Source: Octopus sinensis
Lineage: Eukaryota
Direction of reading: 5' to 3'
Length of the DNA stretch: 64,000 bases
Assembly: GCF_006345805.1 (NCBI RefSeq)
Contig: NC_043016.1
Coordinates: forward strand, 15,438,001-15,502,000
Numbering within the stretch: the first letter of the stretch is position 1; every line of letters starts with the position of its first letter. Shown one piece after another: positions 27,401 through 40,679 of this stretch. The notes under the pieces are model-generated. The model did not search any database and was not told the origin of the DNA. It saw nothing but the letters and a program-made list of their open reading frames with translations. A program made the position numbers and the translations under genes.

Positions 27401-28010
27401 TGCTTACTCAAGAGAGTGTGTTTTGTCCAAGACAATTGTTGCAGATACTTGTCTTCTCTTTTGTGAAGTTCAACAAACATCTTGAAATCAATTTTCTTCA
27501 CTTCATCCATATCTTACTAGGTTTACCTCTCCAACAGACATCATCCCCTTTGAGCACTCAGCCCTTTTGTTTATGCAGCTGTTGCCATCCGTACACATCG
27601 AAAGCCCATACCCATACAACACATTTGTATTCTGCCATTCGTGCACACAAACATTACACATCAAACAAAGTAAACTCACTTCATTTCTTTCTAGTTTTCA
27701 CTACACGTCTGCAGTCAACGCTCGCATTGCACAACAATGCAGAACCACACTTTGCACACAAATATCTTACAGGCTGTCCTTCAATTTGTAGAAAAATCTC
27801 TTTGTTGCTAGCAAAGTTAATAGCTCCTTCAACATTCTCCAGCATGTTCTTACTCTGCCAACTACATCTTCGGAGCAGACACCCCACTGTTTTGGGTCAA
27901 CTGAGTAACAGAAACCATCCATTACTTATAAGGAGCCATCTTAGTTCTGAAGAAGATCTTTTTCCCAAGATCTCTTCATGCTTAATGCCCCTGTGCACTT
28001 GCTACACATG
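27400..28010 (-). mobile_element. RTE-X-like RT C-terminal remnant
   Basis: Broken YLGSxxS..EKD..RR and ...LLYG.xTW-like motifs. Confidence 0.55.
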
Positions 28011-28247
28011 AAAGCTATATTTCCTATTAGTCTGCCTCTAATCTATCTATACCACTTGTGTCCAGTATTTACATTAAGCACAATATACTGAATTTCCATT
28101 CACTTTTCTTTATATATATATAGAGAACAGGCATTCGTTTAATGGTATCAGGATCTAATTTTCTTTCCAATTAAAAATTCTGCTTTTACTAATACTTTCA
28201 ATACAAGATTTTACCTCCACATATGGAATTTCTGATGTGTTTGCATA

Positions 28248-28299
<52 letters not shown>

Positions 28300-28509
28300 G
28301 TTTCAACACCACTCTGTAACCATGGTAAAGCCACTGCTAAGCATCCTTCATGTATAACAAACTTACTTAATCAACACTTGGGATTATGACAAAAATCTAC
28401 TCTGATTCATTTAATCTGTTCGAAAATACATATCGTCACCTTCATTGTTGTTTTCAATCATCGACACCATCATCATCGCCACCACTGCTACCATCATCAT
28501 TGTCATCAT

Positions 28510-28700
28510 CATCATCATCATTTAACATCCATTTTCCATGCTGGCATGGGTTGGATGGCTTGACAGAAACTGGTAAGGCCAAAGAGCTGCACCAAGCTCC
28601 AGTTGTCTATTTTGGCATGGTTTCTATGGCTGGATGCCCTTCCTAATGTCAACCACTCCACAGAGTAGTTGGTGTTAAGAAAGGCATCCAGCCATAGACA
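28510..28700 (-). mobile_element. RTE tail fragment ending in a fold-back
   Basis: Tail sequence followed by an inverted copy of its own last ~36 bp. Confidence 0.75.
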
Positions 28701-28843
28701 CAATTTCAGGATGCTTTGATACGATAAAAAACATTAACAAAATTAAAGAATTTTAGGCATTTAAAATAGCCCTGAGACCAAGACATTGAACAGTAGAATA
28801 ATAATGCATTTGTAAAATATTTCTAATAAAGAAACTAACCAAC

Positions 28844-28908
28844 CTTCTTTGTATTCAGCAGACTCCAACCAGGATAAAAGTCTCTGGGATTTAACTTTTC
28901 ATAATTCT
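28844..28908 (-). CDS. HHAT: HHAT-like coding exon 2
   Basis: Acceptor tttttctttcag, donor gttggt; 65 nt, phase 1 to 0. Reads (E)NYEKLNPRDFYPGWSLLNTKK, giving the GW..K-K/D motif that precedes D-x-S/T-x-x-E-W in HHAT/Rasp/Gup1. Too short for the ORF track. Confidence 0.88.
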
Positions 28909-28961
28909 CTGAAAGAAAAATTACACCATTTTTATTGTCATAATTTTTACTTCATATTGAT

Positions 28962-29346
28962 ATTCTTTTCTATTCTAGGCACAAGGACCGAAATTTTAGG
29001 GGTGGGTACCAGTTGATTAGATTGACTCCAGTACACAACTGGTACTTAATTTATCAACCCCAAAAGGATGAAAGGCAAAGTTGACCTCAGAGAAATTTGA
29101 TCTCAGAACGTAAAGACAGATGAAATACCTATTTCTTATCCACAAGGGGCTAAACATAGAGGGGACAAACAAGGACAGACATAGGTATTAAGTCGATTAC
29201 ATCGACCCCAGTGCGTAACTGGTACTTAATTTATCGACCCCGAAAGGATGAAAGGTAAAGTCGACCTCGGCGGAATTTGAACTCACAACGTAACGGCAGA
29301 TGAAATACCGCTAAGCATTTCACCCGGCGTGCTAACATTTCTGCCA
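28962..29346 (-). mobile_element. SINE family B, dimeric copy
   Basis: Two tandem core units with different tails joined at CAGATGAAATACC. Confidence 0.85.
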
Positions 29347-29799
29347 TTGAAAGCGTATATTCTTTTCAGAGTAATCTGTATGATAATATCGAAGACAAGA
29401 ATGGTAATACAAAAGACAAAAATCTATGGTTCAATTCTCATGATCTTTCAAGGTCAAACTAACCAACATATTTAATATTTATTGATGTAAACACTTTTCC
29501 ATATAGTAAGAACTCTTAGACTTTTTTTTTAGAAATCTATACTGAATAGATATGTTGTCATTTACAATGGGACACATCAATATATTAGAAATGGGATATC
29601 TCAACGGATATCAAAGTATTAAGAACAGGAGCTTTCAACAGATACCAAAAATAGCAAATTTGACCCAATGATGATAAAAATGGGAACTTTCAACAAAACA
29701 AATATTATTTATACATTATAAGTGCAGTTCTTCATTAGAATTGGAAAATACTGGAGGCCATTATCTAAAGAATGTGAAGAAGCAGAAACAGTTTCATCA

Positions 29800-30150
29800 T
29801 CATCATTTAACATTCTGTTGTACATGCTGGCATGGGTTGGACAGCTGAGGGACTGCACCAGACTCCAGTCTGATGTGGTATGGTTTCTATGGCTGGATTC
29901 CCTTGCTAATGCCAATTATTTCAAGAGTGTAATGCGTGATTTTACATGTCACTGGCATCTTTGCCAGCTGCATGACACCAATATCTGCCACAACTACGAT
30001 TCCATTCAGCTTGATGGATCTTCCTTCTCAAGAACAGCATAATGCCAAAGGTCTCAGCCATTTGTCATTGTCTCCATTGAGGCCCAATGCTGATGAGGTG
30101 TTTTTTTATGTGCTACAGGCACAGGTGCTAGTTATGCGACAATGGCATCA
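29800..30150 (-). mobile_element. Old RTE 3' tail fragment
   Basis: Diverged match to the RTE tail family. Confidence 0.75.
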
Positions 30151-32319
30151 GCCACAAAACTCTAGTGGAGACAAAATCACTTGAGATTTAGCAACAAAGT
30201 CACATAAACAGAAATCCAGTAATTCACAGAATGCATTGAATGAAAGACTATTTCAATTATTAAAATTTTCAAAAATTATTTTAAAATTAAGAACAGTAAA
30301 TAAACAACAGATCCAGTATGCTTAAAGCAAAACAATACACAAATATGCTTAGAGTAATTACAGGTACAACAAAAACCCTAATACATGGAAACAAGTGTGA
30401 CATTATTCCCCTCATTAGCTCAAAACATTGTGATACAATGTACACAACCAATAATAGGGGCAAAGGAACAACTCACACTGACTGAGTCCACTTTGTCCCC
30501 TGAGCTGTGTCCACATTACAGGCATACAGAAATAGTGGTCAGTGTACAGCATGGTCTTCATTTCAGGACCAGAGGAGGTATGGTACAACTGGGGAAACAG
30601 ATCTCACGCAAACATCCTAAACAACCTCGAAAAGAGATCTGTTCAGTTGCAAGGTAATACTCACTAACACACTACAACATAACTGACTTAAAGATTTACT
30701 ATTTATTCTCTCCCCCCCCCCTCTTCTACTTTATTACGGCAGCTTATGTCACTCTTCACTTTCACCCAAAGCACCCGTTTCATCTTACTCTTCCTCCACT
30801 CAGCCTACAAATTGTATTTCACTCCTTAAATGCTACACTGAACACTTTGCCTAACCCTTCATCTTTGAACCGGAACTCTCTGGATATTGCTCTTTTTGAA
30901 ACTTTCCCCCACAGGCTATGGAGCACCAATTGCACTGACCTCTTCAGAATAGGAGTACAATAAAGATAATCAGCTTTGCATTCATGTACTCAAGTTGTTG
31001 AACTGTATCACATGTAAAACTGTTGGTTAATATTGTAGCCAAGACTACTGAACCTAACAAATCAACGTAGCCAACTGGAAAGATTGAATTCAACTAAATG
31101 TCAAGTTTCAACTTCTGGATCACACACAAACGTTCAATCAATAAATCTCATCAATAGATCTTTAGAGTAGATATGTTTGGATTAACTCAACAACTTCAAG
31201 ATAAGTAAAACATAGCTTTTAATACATTTAGGAGCAAATATACTAAAGGGAAAACAAGCAGAAATAAAATATGATGCTTTAACCGAAAGAGCTTACAAAC
31301 TAAGGAAGTATATGTGAAGCCATTGGAAGTATTTCTAAATGGTTGCTTGAACTGCTAGAAATAGCTAGTACATCTCCCTCAAATCACATCCTACCATTTC
31401 AAGTAAGATCTATTGGTTAATGTAGTCCTTGGTGTGCAAAAAGGTGAAATTACCAAAGCTGGAACACTTCTGATCATAGTTCTGCTCAAGTGGGGATGAA
31501 CTGATGTGTTTCAAACATAGTCACTGAGAGATTTCTTTTACATCAAGCAACAGACATTGCCCTGTCTATCTTCCTCATTATCAATAAGAATACAATGAAC
31601 CAGTGATCAAGTGGAAGCCTCCAACCAATGATAATGTTTACTTCATATTGTAATTTGTGATATAAAATAAATAAATGAACAATGAAGAGTATTTTGACAG
31701 ACTAGACTATTTGTTGAAGAAATGTTACTTTCAACAACTAATATGCACCAGTTCACATTTCTTTTATTTATATTTTCCATCCAATTCATGTCAGAGAACA
31801 CTAACAATCACTAACCTTCCAGCTTTTGAGAATATCTTTAATAAGCTTTCATCTCATTACATAGATTAATAGTTTATAGAATCAATTATTCAATTACCAA
31901 TCATGTTAATGAATAGGTGTAGATTTTAGGAAAGAATATTTAGTTAAAACTTTAAGCTATATATGGTAAATTTTATAGAGATTTATATAGATTTAAAACA
32001 CAAAATTTTACTCAGAAGGAAAAAGAAAGCACAAATGCTCCCCCATACTTAGGCAACACATGCTGCAGTTTGCTGGTTTTCTGTCAGGCCATCCTACATA
32101 TACTTACATGGAAAGCAGATGTTAAATGATAATGATGATGATGATGATGATTTCAACAGCCAAAGATAAATATTGTTCATATTTCAGAAACAAAATAAAC
32201 AATAAAAAAAGAAATACTACTCACATTTCAACTGCATATAAAAAAAAAGCAGTAAAACAAAATCATAATTCATATCAAGATAACATTGTCACATCACACC
32301 TGCTTAAATATGACCCAGA

Positions 32320-32546
32320 CACAACATGAGCCGCAGAGTTTACAGCAAATGCTGGGCTTCTTTATCACCAAGGATCTCTCCTGACAAAAGCACACACACA
32401 ATAGAGTTAAGGCTGCATCTCAGAACCAGAACAAATTTCAGTCTCCCAACAATTACTGACACACAACAAAAGCTCAAATGAATCTCACAATGGAGTATTG
32501 CTCTCATGTTTGGGAACAGCAGTTTCTGCACACACACACACACACC

Positions 32547-32578
<32 letters not shown>

Positions 32579-32800
32579 CACACCCACACACACACACACA
32601 CACACATCCGAGACTGCTTCTAAAAAAGAACACCTGACCGATTGGCATAACATCACTAACAAGACTCTCCAACTTCTGTCACTTCTCTCTGTCTTTTCTA
32701 CCTCTACTTTAGTGGCCTCCACTCCTCAAAGCCAGCCAATCTTATGCCACTTCCAGTTCATCCATCTCTCCTCAGTTTTCTCCATTTTCTGATTATTTAA
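32320..32800 (+). mobile_element. CR1/Jockey-like RT remnant with (CA)n
   Basis: LGFFITKDLS and MEYCSHVW motifs. Confidence 0.65.
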
Positions 32801-34736
32801 AGTTGATTCCTGATAAAATTTTGTTTATTCAGTTATTACCTGTACCCTATGAGCATAGTGTGCTTGCATACCCATACTCAGGGATAGCATAGGTAAATGA
32901 TACCGATAGTAAATACCGATACTATTATCCCTTAGACGGTTAGTCCAACTGCTAACTCTGCTTACCTATATATATATGTGTATATATATATATATATTAT
33001 ATATAATATATAATATACTATAAAGAATGTTTGTGCGCATAGCAACATGTCATATGAATACTAATGACAGAAAAAGGATATATATGAACCATTTAATTAA
33101 ACCCACTTAATTAAACAAATTACCCACTATATTTGTTAATATTTTAGGCTACATTTAGAAAACTTTTGCCAATAGGAATAACTTTAAAACATAGTTCCCT
33201 ATAATTAACACATTAACCTATCACTGGAACTTGCAGGTGACACCATAAATTTTTAATCACTCTGCATATTGTTTAATTACAAGGAAATGTAACTTCTTTG
33301 CCTTTTTACAATATTTCATAATTAAATTTTGATATTTAGCATTCATGTTATTTAAATATCCTCAAAACCATGTCAAAGGTACAGAATAAGATATTTCCTC
33401 AAATTATGAGAATGTACCATTAACGATGCATATGATGGTTGCATGAAGTGTTTGTGATGAACCACCAGTGGTACACGTGGCAGTTAAAATGTCTGACTGC
33501 ATCTAGTAAATATTTCTTTTTCCATTCCAGTACTTCTTGACTTCATCTTGACCTTATTCTTAACTTCAGTAGATCATAGCTACCAGCATTGTTTCCCAAA
33601 TTAAAAAATACATATATACTCAATTTTGATGTCTCTGTTAGTCTGAAAAGAAAGAACAGTGCATCTTATTTTATAGATCAAATTTGTTCCTTTGTTTTCC
33701 AACAACACTGATACTTGCTCTCCTAAAATCAATTATCTATAAAGAAAGCAAAATGACAGTTTCACTCAAAACAAGAAATACTGTCAAATAACTGGTTGTA
33801 CTGTTATGATATTGATGTAGACAGTTAGTTGAAACCCATCTATAATTATCCATGCTATACTGTATTAACTCTTTCCAAGTTATTCAGATTAAATGAAAAA
33901 TATCTGAGATTAGAATTTAACCATCAGAACTTTTACTCTAATACTATAAAATTACCAACACTTTTTGACAAAACTTCTCTCTAAGCCATTAAGCAAATAT
34001 GGATATTAGAAATAATATAACCAAAACAGCTTGCAATTAATTTGTCTGTCAGAATATTACACATTAGACCTTAACAAATAGAAAACTAACAACACATTCC
34101 ATAAAAATGTTATTCAAAATTTTACAGCAAATGTGAATTACAGTGGAACCCGTTTGTCAGTCAGGCAAGCTAAGACGAATAGAATTGTGTGTGTTACCTA
34201 GAGGTATAACATATTATTTCTAACATAGTTTCAACTCCTTCATGAACAATAGTCCTTTAGTTCATTGCAACTGAGCTTCAATCTCACAAGGAAGAATATT
34301 TCTGAGAATCTCTGGCTATCGGCTTTTAGTTCTTGTTGCTCGTTAGTCCCAAGTCACCCTATCTTGGTATACGTTATACATTGTGTTTCTCCTTTAATAT
34401 GGTAAGGATGGAATCTGAGTGAAATTTGGCTGTTATTTCTAGCAGGTCAAGCAACTACATACAGAATCTCTCATTAGCTCAACTAATTAGTTAAATGATA
34501 ATGGAGGCATACAAAATAATCGAAACATCTTACATCCAGCCAACTTGTGTTTCAAGAAACAGGAAATACTTGAATTTTTGAAACAACAACAACAGCAACC
34601 ACCACCACCACCACCATCACCATCATCATTATCATTATCATCATTTAACAGCTGTTTTCCATGCTGGCATGGGTTGGACAGCTCCAGGGAACAAAAAGGT
34701 TATAGAACTAAATAGAAACAAATAAAATTGAATTAC

Positions 34737-34890
34737 CAAGCGAGGCCAAAAGAACAGCCATACATATAAAAATCACAGCTGTTGTCATTGTGATTATATA
34801 TATGATTATTTCTAAAGTAGGGAGTGGAGCATGTAGGCCTCGGGCATAGTAAGACACTTGCTTCAAAGTTGTAGGGTCCAAATGACTCAT
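34737..34890 (-). CDS. HHAT: HHAT-like MBOAT acyltransferase, coding exon 1 (start codon; exon begins at 34896 with 6 nt of UTR)
   Basis: Acceptor tttctaatttcag|ACCACA ATG. Translates MSHLDPTTLKQVSYYARGLHAPLPTLEIIIYIITMTTAVIFICMAVLLASL, with the LPxxE...Y first TM segment of HHAT/Rasp. Donor G|gtaatt at 34736; 154 nt, phase 1. Confidence 0.85.
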
Positions 34891-35487
34891 TGTGGTCTGA
34901 AATTAGAAATAAAATAAAATTAGGATTCATCATCATCGTTTAATAAAAGAAAATTAACAAAATTCTATTGTTTTTTTTTAAATATACTGAAAATAATTAC
35001 CGTATTTTAACATGTTTAAGGAACCCTTTTCTGTCAAAAGTTAGATTAAAAAAATATGGGAGTTTCTTATACATGGATAGTATCATAATTCTTTACAAAA
35101 GTTTTTTTCCAAATTTCAAGCCCAAGAAATTAGGGGGCTCCTTATACATGTTAAAATACAGTAAATGCATTTTCTCAAAATATTTGATGGAGTCATTGTT
35201 GTTGGATATGTATTTACCGGTTTAAAAAAACACAACCGTTTTCTTTAGAAAAATACTGTCATTCCTGATGTTTAACCCATCTGTCTTACTTTCCAATCAC
35301 TATAGAAAGCAATTATATACGCCATCACTTTCAGGTATTGCATACACTTGTTTTGTTTTGTTTTTGTCAATGTCACTATGGCCTTAAAATGACCTTAAGA
35401 AATAAGACAGGTAGAATCATTAGCAAGTTGGATAAACTGGTTAGTGACATTTCATCCAGCTCTTTATGTTTATATATATATATATAT

Positions 35488-36272
35488 ATCATCATCATTT
35501 AATGTCCACGTTCCATGCTAGCATGGGTTAGATGGTTTGACTGAGGTCTGGCGAAACAGATGGCTGCACCAGGCTCCAATCTGATCTGGCAGAGTTTCTA
35601 CAGCTGGGTGCCCTTCCTAATGCCAACCACTCCAAGAGTGTAGTGGGTGCTTTTACGTGCCACCGGCACAAGGGCCAGTCAGGCGGTACTGGCAATAGCC
35701 ACACTCAAATGATGCTTTTTATGTGCCACCTGCACAGGAGCCAGTCTAGCAGCACTGGCAACAACCTCACTTGAATGTTTTTTCACATGCCACCGGCACA
35801 AGTGCCATTAAGGCGACACTGATAACGATCACGCCTGAATGGTGTTTTTACATGCCACCAGCACCAAAGCCAGTTTGTTGCTCTGGCAACAATCACATTC
35901 GTATGGTACTCTTAGCGCTCCACTAGCACGGATGCCAGTCATTGAATTTGATTTCGATTTTGATTTCACTTGCCTCAACAGGTCTTTGCAAGCAGAGTTT
36001 AGTGTCCACTGAAGGAAAGGTATGCATAAGTGGACTGGTTACACCCCTGGCATAGGCCACAAGGTTATGGTCTGACTTGGCTTGCCGGGTATTGTCAAGC
36101 ACAGCATATTTCCAAAGGTCCCAGTCACTAGTCACTGCCTCGGTGAGGCCCAATGTTTGAAGGTCATGCTTCACCACCTCATCCCAGGTCTTCCTGGGTC
36201 TACCCCTTCCACAGGTTCCCTCAACCACTAGGGTGTGGCATATTTTCACACAGCTATCCACATCCATTCTCG
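35488..36272 (-). mobile_element. RTE 3' end with four 3'-UTR subrepeats
   Basis: ORF 35923-36276 RGRPRKTWDEVVKHDLQTLGL; subrepeat array 35651-35910. Confidence 0.9.
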
Positions 36273-36605
36273 CCACAATAAAAATAAGATATTTTTATTT
36301 TTGTTTTTTTGTATATTGTGTGAAACAATTCTGATGAGGGGAGTGTCAGTTTTAAAAATATGAAATATATCATATTACTTGGCACGCCTGTGGCCCGTAG
36401 GTGGAATTTTTTAATTTTTGTATTATTTTCGTAGTATTCTAGTATGTCCTTTTAATACTTTATCATCTCAAATTTTTATTGCATCAATATATTATAACTT
36501 TTAAATGTAAATTCACTGTGTTTTGTGTATCACATCGATATTTATCTATTTATGTGTATCTTTATATTTATGTATTTGGAATTTTTATTTCCATTTTATA
36601 ACAGT

Positions 36606-37033
36606 AGGCACGGGAGTGGCTGTGGTAGGCGCAGGAGTGGCTGTGTGGTAAGTAGCTTGTTTACCAACCACATGGTTCCGGGTTCAGTCCCACTGCGTGG
36701 CACCTTGGGCAAGTGTCTTCTACTATAGCCCCGGGCCGACCAATGCCTTGTGAGTAGATTTGGTAGATGGAAACTGAAAAGAAGCCTGTCGTATATGTGT
36801 ATATATATGTGTCTGTGTGTGTTTGTGTGTCTGTGTTTGTCCCCCTAGCATTGCTTGACAACCGATGCTGGTGTGTTTACATCCCCGTCACTTAGCGGTT
36901 GGGCAAAAGAGACCAATAGAATAAGTACTGGGCTTACAAAGAATAAGTCCCAAGGTCGATTTGCTCGACTAAAGGCGGTGCTCCAGCATGGCCACAGTCA
37001 AATGACTGAAACAAGTAAAAGAGTAAAAGAGTA
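36606..37033 (+). mobile_element. tRNA-derived SINE family A, copy 4 (duplicated 5' head)
   Basis: Head GGCACGGGAGTGGCTGTGGTA followed by GGCGCAGGAGTGGCTGTGTGGTA; GGTTCAGTCCC B-box; GTAAAAGA repeated tail. Confidence 0.9.
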
Positions 37034-37134
37034 GAAGAATATATGTATGTATTTGATTTTCGAATGTAGTTATTAATTATGTTCCTCTTGTTTCTGCTTG
37101 TATTGCTTCCATTTAAATTATGAAGTGGTATATC

Positions 37135-37405
37135 ATCGTCATCATCATCATCTTCGTTTAGCGTCCGCTTTCCATGCTGGCATGGGTTGGATGGTTCAAC
37201 TGAGGTCTGGGAAGCCAGAATGCTGCACCAGGCCCAGTCTGATCTGGCAATATTTCTACAGCTGGATGCCCTTCCTAACGCCAACCACTCCATGAGTGTA
37301 GTGGGTGCTTTTTACGAATCACCGGCACAGGTGCTAGATGAGGCTGGCAAATGGCCACGATTGGATGGTGCTTTTTACGTGCCACCGACATGAGGCCAGT
37401 CGGGG
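37135..37405 (-). mobile_element. RTE 3' tail fragment
   Basis: (ATC)n plus tail match. Confidence 0.85.
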
Positions 37406-39091
37406 CATATATATATATATATACATATGTATACATATATAAAATAATAAACAGAAAGCAGATGTAATATTCATCACCAGGAAACTAATGAGGTGAAGTA
37501 CACGACTGTATGATGTTTCTATGATCATTATGTAATTATTTCAGCATTTTATTGAAACACTTCTCTGCCCTATAAAGCTTTGAATACCACACCTGTTTAC
37601 TGCTTATTATTTTTGTTTTTTCAGTTATTCAGCTTGTATTCCACACTCTAGCGATCCCAAGTGTGCTAACGCACGTTACACTTCACAGGTTACTGAAGTG
37701 GAGTGTGGCACTCACTACTGAGTCCAATTAAGGTTGCATGTCACTTTATTGTGCCTCCCTTTTTTTAGCACACAACACACACACGCAAATACATTTAGTA
37801 ATTATTTATGTAGTCTTTACCTATTTTCTGTCTTTACCTATCAATCTATCTATCTGTATACTTTCTTACGTTCCTACCTGTAATTTTGGTAAACCCTCCC
37901 TGGCTACCAAACATAAAGATTCCTTGGTACCTTAGGAATTTACTACTGAATGGTTTGTTTTTAAAGGGCTTGTATACTTAGAAAAGCTTCTTTTGTTACA
38001 TACTGCTAAACTACTAAAAGTGTCACATCATACAGACATATACTCCATTATTATTATTATCAGAACGAAGTACTGAGGGTAAATGGCAAAATAGTGTTAC
38101 TTCTGAATAAGATTAGCTTTGGTGAGATCTTGTCCAAGTTTGTCTCACAACATTCCACATCTGGTGGAAGCTACTTACTGTGATCCTTTAAGGATGAAAC
38201 CTCTTCAATATCCATAACAAGTAGTTTATAATATCAATAAAGAGTTTGGGATTAACTAATTTTAATAACAATAATCAGTCGATAATGTTGCCCATGATTA
38301 CAATAAACGGTTTGCACAGTGTGTGTTGAGACAGTGAAGTTATTAGTTACCAACAAACTTCTCCATTTTGCAGTAACTCATTTGGAGAAAACCTTTAACA
38401 AAGTTTCTTGCTCTGTTAATTACAGAGTTCTGAGGAACGTTGATATAGATAAATGGTGAGAATCATTCAAGGTCAGAGTCATAATGAAGTTCAGACAAGA
38501 ATTTAGTGTATAGGTCAATGTACACCCAGATTCTTTTTCCTAAATCCTTTAATAAAGTTCTCTAGGTTATAACATAAAAGTTAAAAATTGGTTGTTTTGG
38601 GGAACTTTTATATACTGATCTGGTTCCTAGAGCATAAGCAGTCAACAAATTGCAAAATAAGTTCCAAGTTTGGAAAGTAATTCTAGAATCCATAGATTTA
38701 AAGTTCATCAAAGCAAGAAGTGCTAGTTGGTAGAATAAGTAAAAAGCTCCAGTGATATATACATGACATTTACGGAAGAGAGTAGGTATAAATTTAGTAT
38801 GCTAAACATTGTATAGTCTGTGAGAAAAATGCAGGATGATGGACTAATTGAGGACGAGGTCTTCAGATAAGATGCATAAAAGGAGTTAAGAGTGGAAACA
38901 CCAATGAATTGCTTAGATAGTTTCATTAGATATAGTTGAGAGTTCCTGTTAAATGGGTAATGTAGTAAAGTGTTGGAAGTTGCAGTAGGGAGACTATAGT
39001 TGCTACAATATGAAAAGAATAGAAAAGATCCAGTAACAAGGGATCTCTCTCTGCCCCCTCCCTCCACCCCTTCTCTCTGTTCCCTCCCTCC

Positions 39092-39134
<43 letters not shown>

Positions 39135-39959
39135 ATGTAAATGGTAGAATATACAAAGCTTTCTATGGCCTTGAATTTGGATGATCTGTTGAAACTGGAG
39201 AGACAAGAAACAAGCATGGTTTATTATATGCGAAAGATTAATTTGCATGAAAAGCAAAGACTACAATAAACTAACATGTTCACTAAACATTAAAAATATC
39301 TTTCAATGTGAGACATGCTATGTTGCAACAATACAACCATTTATATTTATCTCACACATGATGCAAATGAATACAGAATGAATACTGAGTAAAAAAGAAA
39401 AAGAGTTGCACATGTAACCTGTAGAACAGCAAAGGAAATATGGAAGCTGTTTTACCAGTTCTCATGCAATGAGGCCTTTCAGATGAGACGTCAAAAGAAC
39501 AATTATGGGAGAATGGTTTCTAAAGCATTAGGAAGGTTAATGATAATATTTTTTTTTCTATTTTTTTTTCAATTTTGACACACCTACCACTCTATATGTA
39601 TGTCTAAAGCAACTGTACAGAAATGCAATAGATTTTGTATCAAGAAATTCTAAGTAAATAAGAATTATGTTGGTCAGTGCATACTCCAAGTATATCTAAT
39701 TTTAAAATGAGTTTATGTGGAAAATATTAAAGATTTTAAAAATTAATAACTTATTTTATGTATCCAAAATACAAATCAAATAACCAAGAATGGAAACATA
39801 TCTCAATCAGATGAATGACTTTCGTGTAAAGGAATAATTAGAGCCCTTGAAGGGGTTACTAACGGTTCGATTCTAAAGAGAGGTATGTGTCCTTGATATG
39901 GAAGCAACAGAATTCAAAATATCAAGTTTTACAGATATCTCAAGAAATGCAGATTCCTA

Positions 39960-40350
39960 TCTGTTCATGAAGTTGTGTGTCTGTCTCCTACGATTTAGAT
40001 TCCTAACTACTCCCACATTTTGCGGCGCAGTGTAACCAAAAGCAGGTATCTTATAGTCGTGATTCATATCGAGCCCTTCTGGGTATTAGCGCGTGTCTAC
40101 GATGAGTCTACGATTTTAAAAATAATTTACCATCATTTTTTCCCATTTTTAATGCATTTTTTTGCTATTATATAAGGGAAGTAACTCTCTAAAAATGTAT
40201 TATTAAATCTCAGAACGTAAAAAGCTACAGTAACACCCCCCCCCCTTTGTGGTTAGCCATATTGAGATGGCTACTATACTTTACATCTCTAAAAATGCTT
40301 ACATAGTTATTTCCCTTACAAACCCGAGCAATGCCGGGCGATACTGCTAG
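39960..40350 (+). mobile_element. Non-autonomous Helitron
   Basis: 3' GC hairpin CCCGAGCAATGCCGGG about 10 nt before a CTAG|T end; plausible 5' TC near 39960; no TSD. Confidence 0.7.
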
Positions 40351-40679
40351 TTATATATATTTATTCAAATATGAATGACCAGCAGCCTGAGGGATAAAAA
40401 CAATATCATCACTCACACACAAGGTATGTGTTTTGTATATTTGTGGGTAGGCTGAGATTTTAGGTGCAAGAGAATATATTCTCATCAATTTGCCTGGTGT
40501 TAAAACACCATGGAAAAAATTCAAATATGAATGAGAAGCATTTGTTCCATGGTATGATACGTTGGGTCATACCAGAAAATGGTTCTTACATCATTTTGCA
40601 TATAGTCATAGAAGTAAGTGTGATCATTGCCAGCATCGCCTTACCAGCAAATGCACCGGTGACACATGGAAAACATTCG

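Noticed and set aside
27334-28011. 225-aa plus-strand ORF, the longest in the track
   Set aside because: Antisense to a decayed RTE-X RT fragment; no recognisable domain.
35651-35910. Palindromic repeat with intervening sequences resembling a CRISPR array
   Set aside because: The intervening sequences are homologous to each other, the array is part of a LINE 3' UTR, and there are no cas genes in this eukaryotic context.
38723-39217. 164-aa ORF
   Set aside because: Spans a (GA)n microsatellite and AT-rich sequence; no homology cues.
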